Shown: positions 45,395-56,066, numbered from the stretch's first letter. The stretch is DNA of 64,000 nt from an uncultured Acidobacteriota bacterium (GCA_963813155.1 CAWEYG010000001.1:544001-608000); one strand, 5' to 3'. Notes: generated by a model not told the origin, from the sequence alone. Numbers and translations are program-made.

Positions 45395-47343
45395 ATGAAG
45401 CGGGTTTGCGGGATTTTTCTGGCGCTCGCGCCTCTGGCGCTCTCGTTTCGGGCGGAGGCTCGCCCCATGGCGTGGTCCAGCGTCGGTCCGCCCGGCGGCC
45501 CCGTTTCCGCCGTCGTCCTCGACCGCTCCAATTCCTCGGTCGTGTACACGGGCACGAATGGAGGCGGTGTCTTCAAGAGCACCGACGCCGCCGCGACATG
45601 GTCCCGGGCGAGCCAGGGCATGACCGATACCGATGTCCGCGCGCTCGTCATCAACCCGGCCACGCCCTCGACGCTGTTCGCCGGCACGGCCGCCGGTGTC
45701 TTCAAGACGTCCGACGGAGCCCTGCACTGGACGCGCGTCGATTCCGGCTTTGCCGACGAAACCGTGATCGCGCTCGCGATCGACCCCACCGGACAGCGCC
45801 TGCTCGCCGGAACGGAGGGCGGCGGGATCTTCCGGACGGTGGACGGCGGCGCGACCTGGGACGCCGCCGACAACGGCCTGACGGACGACATCGTGACCGC
45901 GCTCGCGATCGACCCGATCTCGCCGGACGTCGCCTACGCCGCCACTCTCTTTTCCGGCGTCTTCAAGACGCTGGACGGCGGAGATTCGTGGAATCCCGCA
46001 GACAACGGCCTCCCCGGGAACCTGATCCGCGCCCTCGCGGTCGCACCTCACACCGAAGGCACCGTCTACGCGGGCACCCAGAGCGGAGGAATCTTCAAGT
46101 CGACCGACGGGGGCAACTCGTGGGTGCCGGCGGGCACCGCGATGCACGGCTCGTTCAATTTCATCGTGATCGACCCGGCATCCTCCCTCCGCGTCTACGC
46201 GGGCTCTCAGGACAGCGGCGTGATGAAGTCGACCGACGGCGGCCAGACCTGGGCCTCCGCGAGCGCCGGATTGACGAACCTCTCCGTTTCCGCGATCGCG
46301 ATCAACCCGAACTCGGCGAGCGTTCTCTACGCCGGGACCCCGGCGGGGCTCTTCAAGTCGACGAACCAGGCGGCCAGCTGGGCGCCCGCGAACGCCGGCC
46401 TCGTCGCGACGATCGTCGACGCTCTCGCGGCCGGACCCTCGGCCGTTTATGCCGGAACCGACGGGGGCGGCGTCTTTCGCTCGCCCGACGGGGTCGGAAG
46501 CTGGGCGGCGTCCAACACCGGGCTCACGATCTCTTCGATCCGCAGCCTCGCGCTCGATCCGACCAACCCGTCCACCGTCTACGCGGGGACGCTCGGAATC
46601 GGCCTCTTCAAGAGCACGAACGGCGGGGCCACCTGGTCCGCGAGCACTGCCGGTTTCACGGGGAACATCGTGACGTCGGTCGCGGTCGATCCGAACAACC
46701 CGCTGACGATTTTCGCCGGCACCGCGTGCTGCGGGATCTTCCGCTCCCTCGACGCCGGCGGCTCGTGGACCCGAACGAACTCGGGGCTCACGAGCACGAA
46801 CGTTCTCGCGATCGTGGTCGATCCCGGCCCGTCCGGCCTCGTGTACGCCGGGACGTTCGGCGGAGGGGTGTTCTCTCGGCCGACGGCGGCGCCACCTGGA
46901 TCCCGGCCAGCTCGGGCCTCACGAATCTGATCGTCGACGGTTTCGCGTTCTCCGCGTCCGGGACACTCTTCGCCGCGACCGCCCAGGGAGTGTTCGCAAC
47001 GACCGACGGCGCGAATCACTGGATCAACCCCGCCCCTGGATCGTCGTTCTCGGCGCAGAACGTCCAGGCGATTCTCGCCGACCTCGCCGCCTCGAGGCTC
47101 TTCGCCGGAACGCTCGAAGGCGTCTTCGAGAGCGACGACGACGGCGCCCACTGGCAGGCGATCAACGCGGGACTGACGAACCTCGACGTGCGCGCCCTCG
47201 CGATCGCGCCCGGAGGCATCCTGCTCGCCGGCACGGGGGGCTCCGGCGTGTTCGCGTACCGCGGCGGACTGCTCGTCACGCCGGTCGCACCGCCGCCCGT
47301 CGTCCCCGTCCGAGGGCGCTCCGCGGAACTTCGCCTGGAGTAA
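45395..47343 (+). CDS. Secreted BNR/Asp-box beta-propeller repeat protein (indel near 46875)
   Basis: Signal peptide; many repeats of V.ALAIDP..VYAGT..GGVFKSTDGG.TW..N.GL. Confidence 0.85.
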
Positions 47344-47368
47344 CGGCCCGCGGGTTAAAATTCGCCGG

Positions 47369-48349
47369 ATGTCTTCCCGATCCGCGCTCTTGAAACGCGC
47401 GGCCGCCTCGATGGCGGCCGGCGGCGCCGCGTACCTCGGAGCTTCCTATCTCGCGGCGCGATCTCTCTCGGAGGCGCTGATCTCGCCCTCCGGACTGGCG
47501 CCGGGAACGTCCGATCGACTCGAATTTCTGGCCGCGCTGCGGGCGGCGGCCGCCTCGGTCGACGAAATCGAGTTCGAGGGCGACGCCCGGGACCCCGCCC
47601 TTCTCCGCTCGACATTCGCGACCCCGGGCGACCCGGGCCGCCGCACGACCCTGATTTTCCTCCACGGAAAGGGAGGCGACGCCGCGGAATGGCAGCCCGA
47701 CGCGCTCGCGGCGCTCGCGGCGGGGTTCAACGTCCTGTGCCCGGACCTGCGGGGGCACGGAGGGTCGGAAGGGAATTTCATCACGTTCGGCCTGCTCGAA
47801 AGCGGCGACCTTCGCAACGCGGTGGCAGCGGCGGCCGAAACGGCAGGCGCCGACCCGGGCCGGCTCGCGGTCCACGCCTGCTCCGCCGGGTGCACGACGG
47901 CGCTCGCCTTCTCCGCGGGCAATCGTTCCGTCCGCGCGCTCTGGCTGGAGTCTCCGTTCGGCGACGCCCGGGAGATGGCGAGGCATTATCTCCACCTCAA
48001 GTCGGGGGTCCCTCGCTGGCTGCTCGGCCTGACGACGCGCATGGCGCTCTCGCAGGCCGACGCGAAGGTTCGCCGCCGCCTCGGCCTCGCGTCCCGCGAA
48101 GGCCTCGAATCCGTCGATCCGCTCGAGACCGCGAAGCGGGTCCATTGCCCCGTTCAGCTCGTCTACGGCGCGAAAGACGAGCTCGCGCTTCCCGGTTTCG
48201 TGCCGGTCCTCGCCGCCGTTCTGCCTCGTACGACCCGCGTCTGGCGAGTCGAAGGCGCGGGGCACTGCCACCACGACGACGAATCCTCCCGGATCGCGCG
48301 CGAGGAGTACCGCCGGCGCTGGACCGAGTTTTTCGCTCGCGCTCTGTAG
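47369..48349 (+). CDS. Alpha/beta hydrolase
   Basis: FLHGKG, PDLRGHGGSEG, HACSAG elbow, LESPF, YGAKD, VEGAGH. Confidence 0.8.
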   Translation: MSSRSALLKRAAASMAAGGAAYLGASYLAARSLSEALISPSGLAPGTSDRLEFLAALRAAAASVDEIEFEGDARDPALLRSTFATPGDPGRRTTLIFLHGKGGDAAEWQPDALAALAAGFNVLCPDLRGHGGSEGNFITFGLLESGDLRNAVAAAAETAGADPGRLAVHACSAGCTTALAFSAGNRSVRALWLESPFGDAREMARHYLHLKSGVPRWLLGLTTRMALSQADAKVRRRLGLASREGLESVDPLETAKRVHCPVQLVYGAKDELALPGFVPVLAAVLPRTTRVWRVEGAGHCHHDDESSRIAREEYRRRWTEFFARAL

Positions 48350-48359
48350 GGGCGCGGAC

Positions 48360-49343
48360 CTAGATCGAACCGTCGAGAACGCGCCGAAGCGTTTCCCGGT
48401 CGATGTTTCCCCCGGAGATCACGATGCCGACCTTCTTGCGCGCGAGCTCCCGTCGCAGCCGCAGGAGTCCCGCCAAACCCGCCGCGCCGGCCCCCTCCGC
48501 GAGGTTGTGCGTCGTCGAAAGGAGAATCCGGATCGCTTCGGCGATCTCGCCCTCCTCGACCGCGACGAAGCCCTTCAGCCCTTCGCGCAGGGCCTCGAAT
48601 GTCGTCTCGTACGTGCTTCGCGTCGCGAGCCCGTCGGCGATCGTGTCGGCGCTCTCTGTGGTCGTCGGTTTTCCCGCGTGCCACGAATCATGGGTCGCGG
48701 AGGCTCTCGCCGCCTGAACGCCGTACACCGGCAGGCCGGGCCGGAGGGCGCGGGCGACGGTCAGGCCGCCGACGGCCTGGGATCCTCCCCCGACCGAGTA
48801 GACGATCGCTTCCAGGCCCGGCTCCTGCTCGAGCATCTCCAGCGTCAGCGTGGCAGCGCCCGCGACGACGAAACGCTCGTTGGTCGAATGGACGACTCTC
48901 AGCTTTCGCTCCTGCGCGAGCCGCTTCGCGACCGCGACCGACTCGTCGTAGTCGCGCCCCTCCTCGACGAGTGTCGCGCCGAAGCCGCGAATCGCGGCGT
49001 TCTTCTCGGGGTTGTTGCCGACCGGAACGCAGACGGTCACCGGGACGCCGAGCAGCGATCCCGCCCAGGCGAGACCCTGCCCGTGGTTGCCCCGGGTCGC
49101 GGCGATCACTCCGGCGCGCCGTTCCTCCGGCGTGAAACCGGCGAGAACGGCGAGGCAGTTTCGCGCCTTGAACGCGTTGGTCGGAAGGTGGTTCTCGTGT
49201 TTCACGAAAACCGCGATCCCCTCTCCGACCGCGTCGTCGAGCGGGGCGTAACGGCGAAGGGGCGTTCTCTCGAGGTAGGGCGCGATCCGGCTCCGCGCCG
49301 CGAGCACGTCCGCCATCGTGATCGGCCACGCCGGCGCGCTCAC
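48360..49343 (-). CDS. PLP-dependent threonine/serine dehydratase or racemase family protein
   Basis: RTPL, KHENHLPTNAFKAR, ATRGNHGQG, VGGGS, TIADGL, AEGAGAAGLA, ISGGNID. Confidence 0.9.
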   Translation of the reverse strand: MSAPAWPITMADVLAARSRIAPYLERTPLRRYAPLDDAVGEGIAVFVKHENHLPTNAFKARNCLAVLAGFTPEERRAGVIAATRGNHGQGLAWAGSLLGVPVTVCVPVGNNPEKNAAIRGFGATLVEEGRDYDESVAVAKRLAQERKLRVVHSTNERFVVAGAATLTLEMLEQEPGLEAIVYSVGGGSQAVGGLTVARALRPGLPVYGVQAARASATHDSWHAGKPTTTESADTIADGLATRSTYETTFEALREGLKGFVAVEEGEIAEAIRILLSTTHNLAEGAGAAGLAGLLRLRRELARKKVGIVISGGNIDRETLRRVLDGSI

Positions 49344-50494
49344 CGCGGCCGGACCGCCGATTTCCGGCGCGGGTCCACCTCGCGCCCCTTCAGCTGACCG
49401 CATGCGGCGGACGCGTCGGGCCCCTTGGAACGCCGGACCGTGACGGTGTACCGCTCCCGCGCGAGGGTCTCCACGAACGCGTCCACCGTTGCCTCGGACG
49501 GCCTCCGGAATTCCGGGACATAGCGCGGGTCGGGGTTGAACGGAATGACGTTGATCTTCACCGGAATTCCCCGGAGGCGCCGCGCGAGACTGCGCGCGGC
49601 GTCCGCGGAGTCGTTGACGCCCGCGATCAGAACGTACTCTGCGGTGATGCGCCGCCGGTGCGTGAGGGGGAACGCCTTCATCGCGGCGAGAACCCGGGAG
49701 AGAGGATACTTTCGCGTGATCGGCATGATCTTCTCGCGGACGGCGTCGTCCGCCGCGTTGATCGAGACCGCGAGGTTCGGCTGCTTCGAGCGGCGCCCGA
49801 GCTTCTCGATCCCCTCGGGGAAGCCGGACGTCGAAACGGTGACCTTCCGCGGCGAGATCGTCTCGAAGAAGACGTCGAGCGCGGCCTCGACGTTGTCGAG
49901 ATTCGCCATCGGCTCGCCCATGCCCATGAAGACGAGCGAGAAGGTCGGCGAGGGGTGCTCCCGGCGAACCGCCAGGAACTGCGCGACGATCTCGCCGGCG
50001 GAGAGGTTGCGCCCCGCTCCGAGCCGGCCGGTCACGCAGAATCGGCAATCGACCGCGCATCCCGTCTGGGACGACAGGCAAACCGTCGCCCGGTCCGGCG
50101 CGGCCTCGGCGGGCGGCAAAGCCTCCCGGGCGGGCTCGCGCGGCGCCTCCGGCTTCCTCGCGTCCGCGAACTCCGAAGAAGCGGACGCCGCCTCTTCCCC
50201 TCGCGGCATGTAGACGGCCTCGACGAGCGCGCCGTCGGAGTAGCGAAGGCCGTATTTCACGCTTCCATCCCCCGACTCCTCGCGCCGCGCGACCTCGGGG
50301 AGAGCCATGGAAACGGCCTGCGACCACTTCGCGCGCGACGGCGCGGAGAGCTCGGTCATTCCGGAGAAATCCGCGACGGCGCGCCGGTGGATCGCGTCGA
50401 AGATTTGCCGTCCCCGAAAGGCGGCTTCGCCGAGCTCGCGAGCTTTCTCCTCCCAGGCGGCGCGCGGCCAGGCAAAAGGCGCGCAGGGATCCAA
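49340..50494 (-). CDS. rlmN: Radical SAM RNA methyltransferase RlmN
   Basis: CLSSQTGCAVDCRFC, FMGMGEP, VSTSG, EYVLIAGVND, INVIPFNP, AACGQL; start approximate. Confidence 0.95.
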   Translation of the reverse strand: MDPCAPFAWPRAAWEEKARELGEAAFRGRQIFDAIHRRAVADFSGMTELSAPSRAKWSQAVSMALPEVARREESGDGSVKYGLRYSDGALVEAVYMPRGEEAASASSEFADARKPEAPREPAREALPPAEAAPDRATVCLSSQTGCAVDCRFCVTGRLGAGRNLSAGEIVAQFLAVRREHPSPTFSLVFMGMGEPMANLDNVEAALDVFFETISPRKVTVSTSGFPEGIEKLGRRSKQPNLAVSINAADDAVREKIMPITRKYPLSRVLAAMKAFPLTHRRRITAEYVLIAGVNDSADAARSLARRLRGIPVKINVIPFNPDPRYVPEFRRPSEATVDAFVETLARERYTVTVRRSKGPDASAACGQLKGREVDPRRKSAVRPR

Positions 50495-50499
50495 GGGAG

Positions 50500-50886
50500 T
50501 TATTCCGACCGCTTGGCAGCGCGGCGGCGAACGCGGCGGACCGTGGAGAGCGTCGCGGGAGCCCCCGAAGGCCTCGAGAGGGGCCGGGAGACCCGGCGCG
50601 AGCGCACCTTGCGGGTGGGGTCGATTCCGAGCGATTTCAGCAGGCGCAGGTCGCGAAAATCGATGCGGAACGAAGCCGGCGGCACTTCTTCTTCCGCGAG
50701 CTCCTCCGAGTCGGCGGAAAACGCCTCGTCGCGCTCGATCCCGATTCGCGCGTCGAGGTTGAGGAAGAGCCTGTAGCCGTGATCGCGCAGCTTTTCGATC
50801 GTCTCGTGGACCCGATCCGACTCGGATACCGAATCGTTGATCGCATCCCCCAGTTCCTTGAGCATCGCCCGAAGCTTCGCGTCCAC
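50500..50886 (-). CDS. Conserved-looking small hypothetical protein
   Basis: MLKELGDAINDSVSES..GYRLFLNLDA..D.RLLKSLGIDPTR. Confidence 0.7.
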   Translation of the reverse strand: MDAKLRAMLKELGDAINDSVSESDRVHETIEKLRDHGYRLFLNLDARIGIERDEAFSADSEELAEEEVPPASFRIDFRDLRLLKSLGIDPTRKVRSRRVSRPLSRPSGAPATLSTVRRVRRRAAKRSE

Positions 50887-50951
50887 GGACGGATGATGCC
50901 ACCCGCCGGAAGGGGTGTCAAACGCCCGCCGCGGTCCCCGAAACCCGCTTG

Positions 50952-50980
50952 GAAAACCTTCACGAAGGCGTTTCGTAAGA
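50952..50980 (+). promoter_or_regulatory. ECF-type promoter AAACCTT-N13-CGTAAGA
   Basis: Same spacing; variant -10 element (CGTA). Confidence 0.6.
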
Positions 50981-50989
50981 ATGCGCGAC

Positions 50990-51745
50990 ATGCCCGAATC
51001 CGAATCGAAGGGACCGCCCGCCGAGATGTCGGAGGCGGCCGCCGCGCTGGGAATCTTCACGAGCCCGTCGGCGACGTTCGCCGCTCTCGCGCGAAAGCCG
51101 ACCTGGTGGCTGCCGTTCGTCGCCGGCCTCCTCGTCTCCGCCGTCTTCAGCTTCGTCATGACCGACAAGATGGACTACGACGCGTCCATGCGGCAGGCGG
51201 TCGAGAAGCAGGCGGCGAAAAGCGGGCGGACGATGCCCGCCGCGGAGTTGGAGAAGTCCGTCGACGCCGCCGTCGAAATGCAGAGAAAGATGGCGCCGTA
51301 TTACCCGACGATCGGGGCTGCGGGATATTCGTTCTTCTTCTTTCTGGTCGCGCTCGTGGTCGCGTTTTCGGCGAGCGCGTTCGGCGCCGAAGCGAAGATC
51401 CCCGTGTATCTCGCGGTCTATTCGCACGCGCAGATTCCCCTCGTGCTCCGGTCGATCTATGGAACGATCCGCCTCCTTTCGGCGGCCGACGGCTCCCTGA
51501 CGTTCGAACAGCTCGGCCGGATCGGGACGATCGGCCCGGCGCTCTTCCTGCCCGCCTCGTCGCCGGCGACCCTCCTCGCGCTGGCCTCCTCGCTCGACCT
51601 CGGCGTTCTCGCGACGGTCGGCCTTCTCGTCCTGGGGTTCCGCCGGCTTCCGGGTCTGTCGCGCGCTTCCGCCACCGGAGTTCCGATCGCTCTTTACGGC
51701 CTCTTCGTGCTGATCCGGGTCGGTTGGGCGGCGCTTTTTGGTTAG
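50990..51745 (+). CDS. Yip1 family membrane protein
   Basis: GIFTSPSATFAALARKPTWWLP N-terminal pattern; about 5 TM segments. Confidence 0.8.
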   Translation: MPESESKGPPAEMSEAAAALGIFTSPSATFAALARKPTWWLPFVAGLLVSAVFSFVMTDKMDYDASMRQAVEKQAAKSGRTMPAAELEKSVDAAVEMQRKMAPYYPTIGAAGYSFFFFLVALVVAFSASAFGAEAKIPVYLAVYSHAQIPLVLRSIYGTIRLLSAADGSLTFEQLGRIGTIGPALFLPASSPATLLALASSLDLGVLATVGLLVLGFRRLPGLSRASATGVPIALYGLFVLIRVGWAALFG

Positions 51746-51765
51746 ACTAGACGGGAGGACGAACC

Positions 51766-52686
51766 TTGAACACAATTGAAGTCGACCACGTCACGAAGGC
51801 CTTCGGAAAATTCAAGGCCGTCGACGACCTGTCGCTGTCCGTTCCTTCCGGCACGATCTTCGGCCTCCTCGGCCCGAACGGCGCGGGGAAGACGACGACG
51901 ATCCGCATGATCATGGACATCACCGCGCCGGACAGCGGGTCGATCCGCGTGCTCGGCGCCCCGGCGGGCCGGGAGTCGCTCGCGCGCGTCGGTTACCTGC
52001 CGGAGGAACGGGGGCTCTATCGCCGGATGCGCGTGATCGACCATCTCCTGTTCCTCGCCGCCATCAAGGAAGTGGACGCCGAGACCGCGAAGAAGCGGAT
52101 CGACGGATGGCTCGACGCGATGGAGCTGCGGCCCTGGCTCAAGAAGAAGGTCGAGGAGCTGTCGAAAGGGATGCAGCAGAAGATCCAGTTCATCGCGACG
52201 ATCATCCACGACCCCGAGGTCCTGATCCTCGACGAGCCGTTCTCGGGTCTCGACCCGATCAATGTCAACCTGATCCGCAACTTCCTCGCGGAGTTCCGCG
52301 CGAAGGGCAAGACGATCGTTTTCTCGACGCACGTCCTCGAACAGGCGGAAAAGCTCTGCGACCACATTTGTCTCATCACGAAATCGAAGAAGGTCCTCGA
52401 CGGGGACCTGAAGGCGCTCAAGCGCGCCTTCGCGGGAAACGTCATGCGGGTTTCGACCGATGCCTCCGCCGACGCGATTCGCGCGATTCCGGGCGTCGCG
52501 TCCGTCAAGGCGGTCAACGGAGGATTCCACGTCGCGCTGTCCGACGGCGCCGAAGCCCGGTCGGTCGTGCAGCGTCTCTTCGAGAAGCACCGCGTGGACG
52601 CCTTCTCCGAGAAAGAGCCGGAGCTCGAGGAGATCTATCTGAAGGCGGTCGCGGACGCCGGGCTCGAAGAAACGCGGACGATCTGA
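51766..52686 (+). CDS. ABC-2 type ATP-binding protein (YhaQ/NatA-like)
   Basis: GPNGAGKTT, GYLPEERGLY, LSKGMQQK, LDEPFSGLDP. Confidence 0.95.
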   Translation: MNTIEVDHVTKAFGKFKAVDDLSLSVPSGTIFGLLGPNGAGKTTTIRMIMDITAPDSGSIRVLGAPAGRESLARVGYLPEERGLYRRMRVIDHLLFLAAIKEVDAETAKKRIDGWLDAMELRPWLKKKVEELSKGMQQKIQFIATIIHDPEVLILDEPFSGLDPINVNLIRNFLAEFRAKGKTIVFSTHVLEQAEKLCDHICLITKSKKVLDGDLKALKRAFAGNVMRVSTDASADAIRAIPGVASVKAVNGGFHVALSDGAEARSVVQRLFEKHRVDAFSEKEPELEEIYLKAVADAGLEETRTI

Positions 52687-52696
52687 GGGAGCTGCC

Positions 52697-53986
52697 ATGA
52701 ACACTCGAAAAATCGGGGCCATCATCAAGCGGGAATACGTCGAGCACATCCGGCGAAAGGCGTTCTGGATTTTCACGATCCTGCTGCCGCTCATGTGGGC
52801 CGGGTTCTTTTTCGTTTCGATCTTCACGCAGACGCGCGCGTCCGGGACGCGGCGGATCGCCGTCATCGACCCCTCGGGAACCTACTTCGACCCCCTGCAG
52901 GCCGAGATCACCCACAGCAAGGACGCCGACCGTTTCGCGCTCACCCGGGCGCCGATTCCCGCGGCCGGCGTGGATACTCTGCGAGCGGACCTGAAGAAGG
53001 AAATCGAAGCGAAGAAGCTCGACGCGTACCTGCTGCTGGACCCGCAGGCGATCTCGAGCGGCACCGTCGTTTATCGCGCGTCGTCGGTCGCGGATTTTTC
53101 GTACCAGGAGCGGCTCGAGACTCACCTGAACCGGGTCCTCCTGCGGCATCGGCTGCTCGACCATGGAATCAACGCAACGGCGATCCCCGATCTCGTGAAG
53201 ACCGTCTCGATCGACGCAAAACGCGCCGACGAGAAGGATTCGGGCGGGTTGGCGGTCTCGTTTGTCTTTTTCCTCTTTCTCTACATCACGCTGATCATGT
53301 ACGGGATGTACAACCTGCGCGGCGTGATCGAGGAGAAGTCGAACCGCATCGTCGAGATCGTCATCTCTTCGGTCCGCCCCACGGAGCTGATGCTCGGAAA
53401 GATCATCGGAATCGGCCTCGTCGGCCTCACGCAGTACGCGATCTGGTGCATCCTTGCGATGAACCTGGCGCTGCTCTCGGGGTCCGGCGTCGCGATCGCG
53501 CTCGGCCTCGGGAAGGCGGCGATCCCGACGATCCCGATGTCGACACTCGCGTACTTCGTGCTTTTCTTCGTGCTCGGATACTTCTTCTACGCCTCGATCT
53601 ACACCGCGATCGGCGCGCCGTTCAACACGGACCAGGAGGCACAGCAGCTGGCGATGATCCCGACGATGATGATCGTCTCGGTCTGGGCGTTCTGGGGGAT
53701 GATCGTCAACAACCCGAACTCGACGACGGCGACCGTGCTCTCGATGATCCCCCCGCTGACTCCGATGGTGATGTTCTTTCGCGTGACGCTCGCGCCGGTG
53801 CCCGCCTGGCAGGTGGCGCTCGCCTCGGGAATCATGGTCGTCTCGATCTTCGCGGTCGCCTGGTTCGCCGGAAAGATCTACCGCGTCGGCATCCTCATGT
53901 ACGGCAAGAAACCGACCGTTCCGGAAATCTTCCGGTGGATGCGCCACGGCGGCGAGCCGGTTGCATCCGAAGCGACCCGGCCCTAG
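52697..53986 (+). CDS. ABC-2 type permease (YhaP/NatB-like)
   Basis: VIEEKSNRIVEI..SSV.P.ELMLGKIIG, KIYRVGILMYGKKP. Confidence 0.9.
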   Translation: MNTRKIGAIIKREYVEHIRRKAFWIFTILLPLMWAGFFFVSIFTQTRASGTRRIAVIDPSGTYFDPLQAEITHSKDADRFALTRAPIPAAGVDTLRADLKKEIEAKKLDAYLLLDPQAISSGTVVYRASSVADFSYQERLETHLNRVLLRHRLLDHGINATAIPDLVKTVSIDAKRADEKDSGGLAVSFVFFLFLYITLIMYGMYNLRGVIEEKSNRIVEIVISSVRPTELMLGKIIGIGLVGLTQYAIWCILAMNLALLSGSGVAIALGLGKAAIPTIPMSTLAYFVLFFVLGYFFYASIYTAIGAPFNTDQEAQQLAMIPTMMIVSVWAFWGMIVNNPNSTTATVLSMIPPLTPMVMFFRVTLAPVPAWQVALASGIMVVSIFAVAWFAGKIYRVGILMYGKKPTVPEIFRWMRHGGEPVASEATRP

Positions 53987-53999
53987 ACGCCGAGGTTGG

Positions 54000-54028
54000 C
54001 CGCTCGCGGCATTCCGAGCGCCGTTCGC
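54000..54028 (+). promoter_or_regulatory. Putative LytTR boxes upstream of the kinase
   Basis: ccgctcgc (54000) and ccgttcgc (54021), 21 bp apart. Confidence 0.5.
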
Positions 54029-54075
54029 TGCAAATTCCGCCCGGCCGCCCGGATCGGGAATATAAGGCGAGAAGA

Positions 54076-55149
54076 ATGACCCGAGTCCGCCCGAGCCAGG
54101 CTTTCGCTCTCGTCGCGTTCTGGGCGCTCGTGGGCGCGATCAGCGCCAGCCAGACGTACCTCCAGGTGACGATCGCGGGGATGAGCCACTCCTTCTGGCG
54201 AATCCTCGGCTGGGAAGAAGTCGTCTGGACTTCCTGGGCGCTCTTTACCCCGCTGATCCTCTCCTTGAAACGCCGCTTTCCGGTCGAGCGGCCGTTCCGG
54301 CGGGGGATTCCGATTCACCTCGCCGCGGGAGTCGCCGTCGCCGCGGCTCATGTCTTCCTCGGCGCGGGCGCCGCCTGGCTGTTCGACCCCTTCTCCGCGC
54401 GAAGGATGCCGCTCCGGCACACCTTCTCGATGTCCATGATCGGGTCGCTTCCGCCGCATCTCCTGGTGTACGGCGCGATCCTTGCCGCGGCCTATGGATT
54501 CGACGCCTTCGCCCGCTCGCGCGAGCGGGAATTGCGCGCGTCGCAGCTGGAGGCGCAGCTCTCGGAGGCCCGCCTCACGGCCCTGACGAACCAGCTGCAG
54601 CCCCACTTTCTGTTCAACACCCTCCATTCGATCGCCGGACTGGTTCGCCTGGAAAAGAACCCCGAGGCCGTGGGGATGATCGCCGGGTTGAGCGAGATGC
54701 TTCGCTACACGCTCCAACAGAGGAACCCGGAAGTGCCGCTCGACGAGGAGCTCGGCGTGCTGCGGCGCTATCTCGAGATCCAGAAAGTCCGGTTCGGCTC
54801 GCGTCTCGAGACCCGGTTTTCGATTGCCGACGAAACGCGCGGCGCCCGTGTCCCGACTCTCCTCCTCCAGCCGCTCGTGGAGAACGCCCTTCGACACGGG
54901 ATCGAAAAGAACCCCGGCCCCGGGACGCTCGAGATCGTTTCGCGGCGCGACGGAGACCGGCTGCACCTCGAGGTCCGGGACACGGGGCCCGGACTCTCGG
55001 CCGCGAAGCCCGCGAACGGCGTCGGTCTCGCGGTGACGAGGGCGCGTCTGAACGCCTTGTATGGCCCGTCGCACGAATTCCGGCTCGAAGACCTGCCCGA
55101 GGGAGGGGCCGTCGCGTCGATCGAGATTCCGTGGACCCATGCGGATTAG
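54076..55149 (+). CDS. LytS/YehU family sensor histidine kinase
   Basis: N-terminal TMs; QLQPHFLFNTLH, LQPLVENALRHG, DTGPG, GVGL. Confidence 0.95.
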   Translation: MTRVRPSQAFALVAFWALVGAISASQTYLQVTIAGMSHSFWRILGWEEVVWTSWALFTPLILSLKRRFPVERPFRRGIPIHLAAGVAVAAAHVFLGAGAAWLFDPFSARRMPLRHTFSMSMIGSLPPHLLVYGAILAAAYGFDAFARSRERELRASQLEAQLSEARLTALTNQLQPHFLFNTLHSIAGLVRLEKNPEAVGMIAGLSEMLRYTLQQRNPEVPLDEELGVLRRYLEIQKVRFGSRLETRFSIADETRGARVPTLLLQPLVENALRHGIEKNPGPGTLEIVSRRDGDRLHLEVRDTGPGLSAAKPANGVGLAVTRARLNALYGPSHEFRLEDLPEGGAVASIEIPWTHAD

Positions 55150-55912
55150 AACGCTCGTCGTCGACGACGAACCGCTCGCACGCCGGACGCTTCGGGACCT
55201 CCTGGCCCGCGATCCGGGGTTCGAGCTCGCGGGCGAGTGCTCCGGCGGGGAGGAGGCCGTCGAGCTCGTCGGGGCGCATCGCCCCGACCTCGTCTTTCTC
55301 GACATCCAGATGCCCGACGTCGACGGTTTTCAAGTCATCGAACGAATCGGCGTCGAGCAGATGCCCCCGGTCGTCTTCGTCACGGCCTTCGACGAGTATG
55401 CCGTCCGCGCGTTCGAAGTGCAGGCTCTGGACTACCTGCTGAAGCCGTTCGACGACGCCCGGTTCTTCCAGACCCTCGCGCGCGCCCGCGAAGAGATCGA
55501 AAACCACGACAGCCGAACCCTCTCCGAGCGCCTCGCCGGACTCCTCCAGGAAAAGGCAGCCCCCGCGCAACGGCCCCTGTCCCGGATCGCGCTGCGCTCC
55601 TCGGGAGGGAAGATCGTCTTCGTCCAGGCGTCCGAGATCGACCGGGTCGAGGCGGAGGACTATTACGTTCGCCTTCACGCGAGCGGCGCCTTCCATCTCT
55701 GGAGAGTCTCGATGAACGCTCTCGAAAAAAAGCTCGATCCCGCGAAATTTTTCCGCATCCACCGGTCGGCGATCGTGAACCTCGACTTCGTGGAGGAAAT
55801 TCACCCGGGCTTTCAGGGCGACGCCTTCGTGCAGCTGCGCGACGGCACGAGGCTTCCTCTCGCCCGCAGCCGTCGCGCCCGCCTCCGGGACCTCCTCGCC
55901 GAAAAGAGCTGA
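55139..55912 (+). CDS. LytTR family response regulator
   Basis: VVDDEPLAR, FLDIQMP, FVTAFDEYA, DYLLKP, FFRIHRSAIVN. Confidence 0.95.
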   Translation: MRIRTLVVDDEPLARRTLRDLLARDPGFELAGECSGGEEAVELVGAHRPDLVFLDIQMPDVDGFQVIERIGVEQMPPVVFVTAFDEYAVRAFEVQALDYLLKPFDDARFFQTLARAREEIENHDSRTLSERLAGLLQEKAAPAQRPLSRIALRSSGGKIVFVQASEIDRVEAEDYYVRLHASGAFHLWRVSMNALEKKLDPAKFFRIHRSAIVNLDFVEEIHPGFQGDAFVQLRDGTRLPLARSRRARLRDLLAEKS

Positions 55913-55925
55913 ACGCCCCCGCGTT

Positions 55926-55975
55926 CCATTCGCTGCAGCGCCGGGGCGATTCGCGGCACGAAACGACCCGTTCCC
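55926..55975 (+). promoter_or_regulatory. Three putative LytTR boxes
   Basis: ccattcgc (55926), cgattcgc (55947), ccgttccc (55968); exact 21-bp period. Confidence 0.65.
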
Positions 55976-56066
55976 GGACAAACCGTTTCCCCCGCGGGCG
56001 CCCGGACGTTCAATCAAACGCGGGCGAAGCGGAAATCAATCCGCCGCCGTCGGCTCGGAGGTAGCC

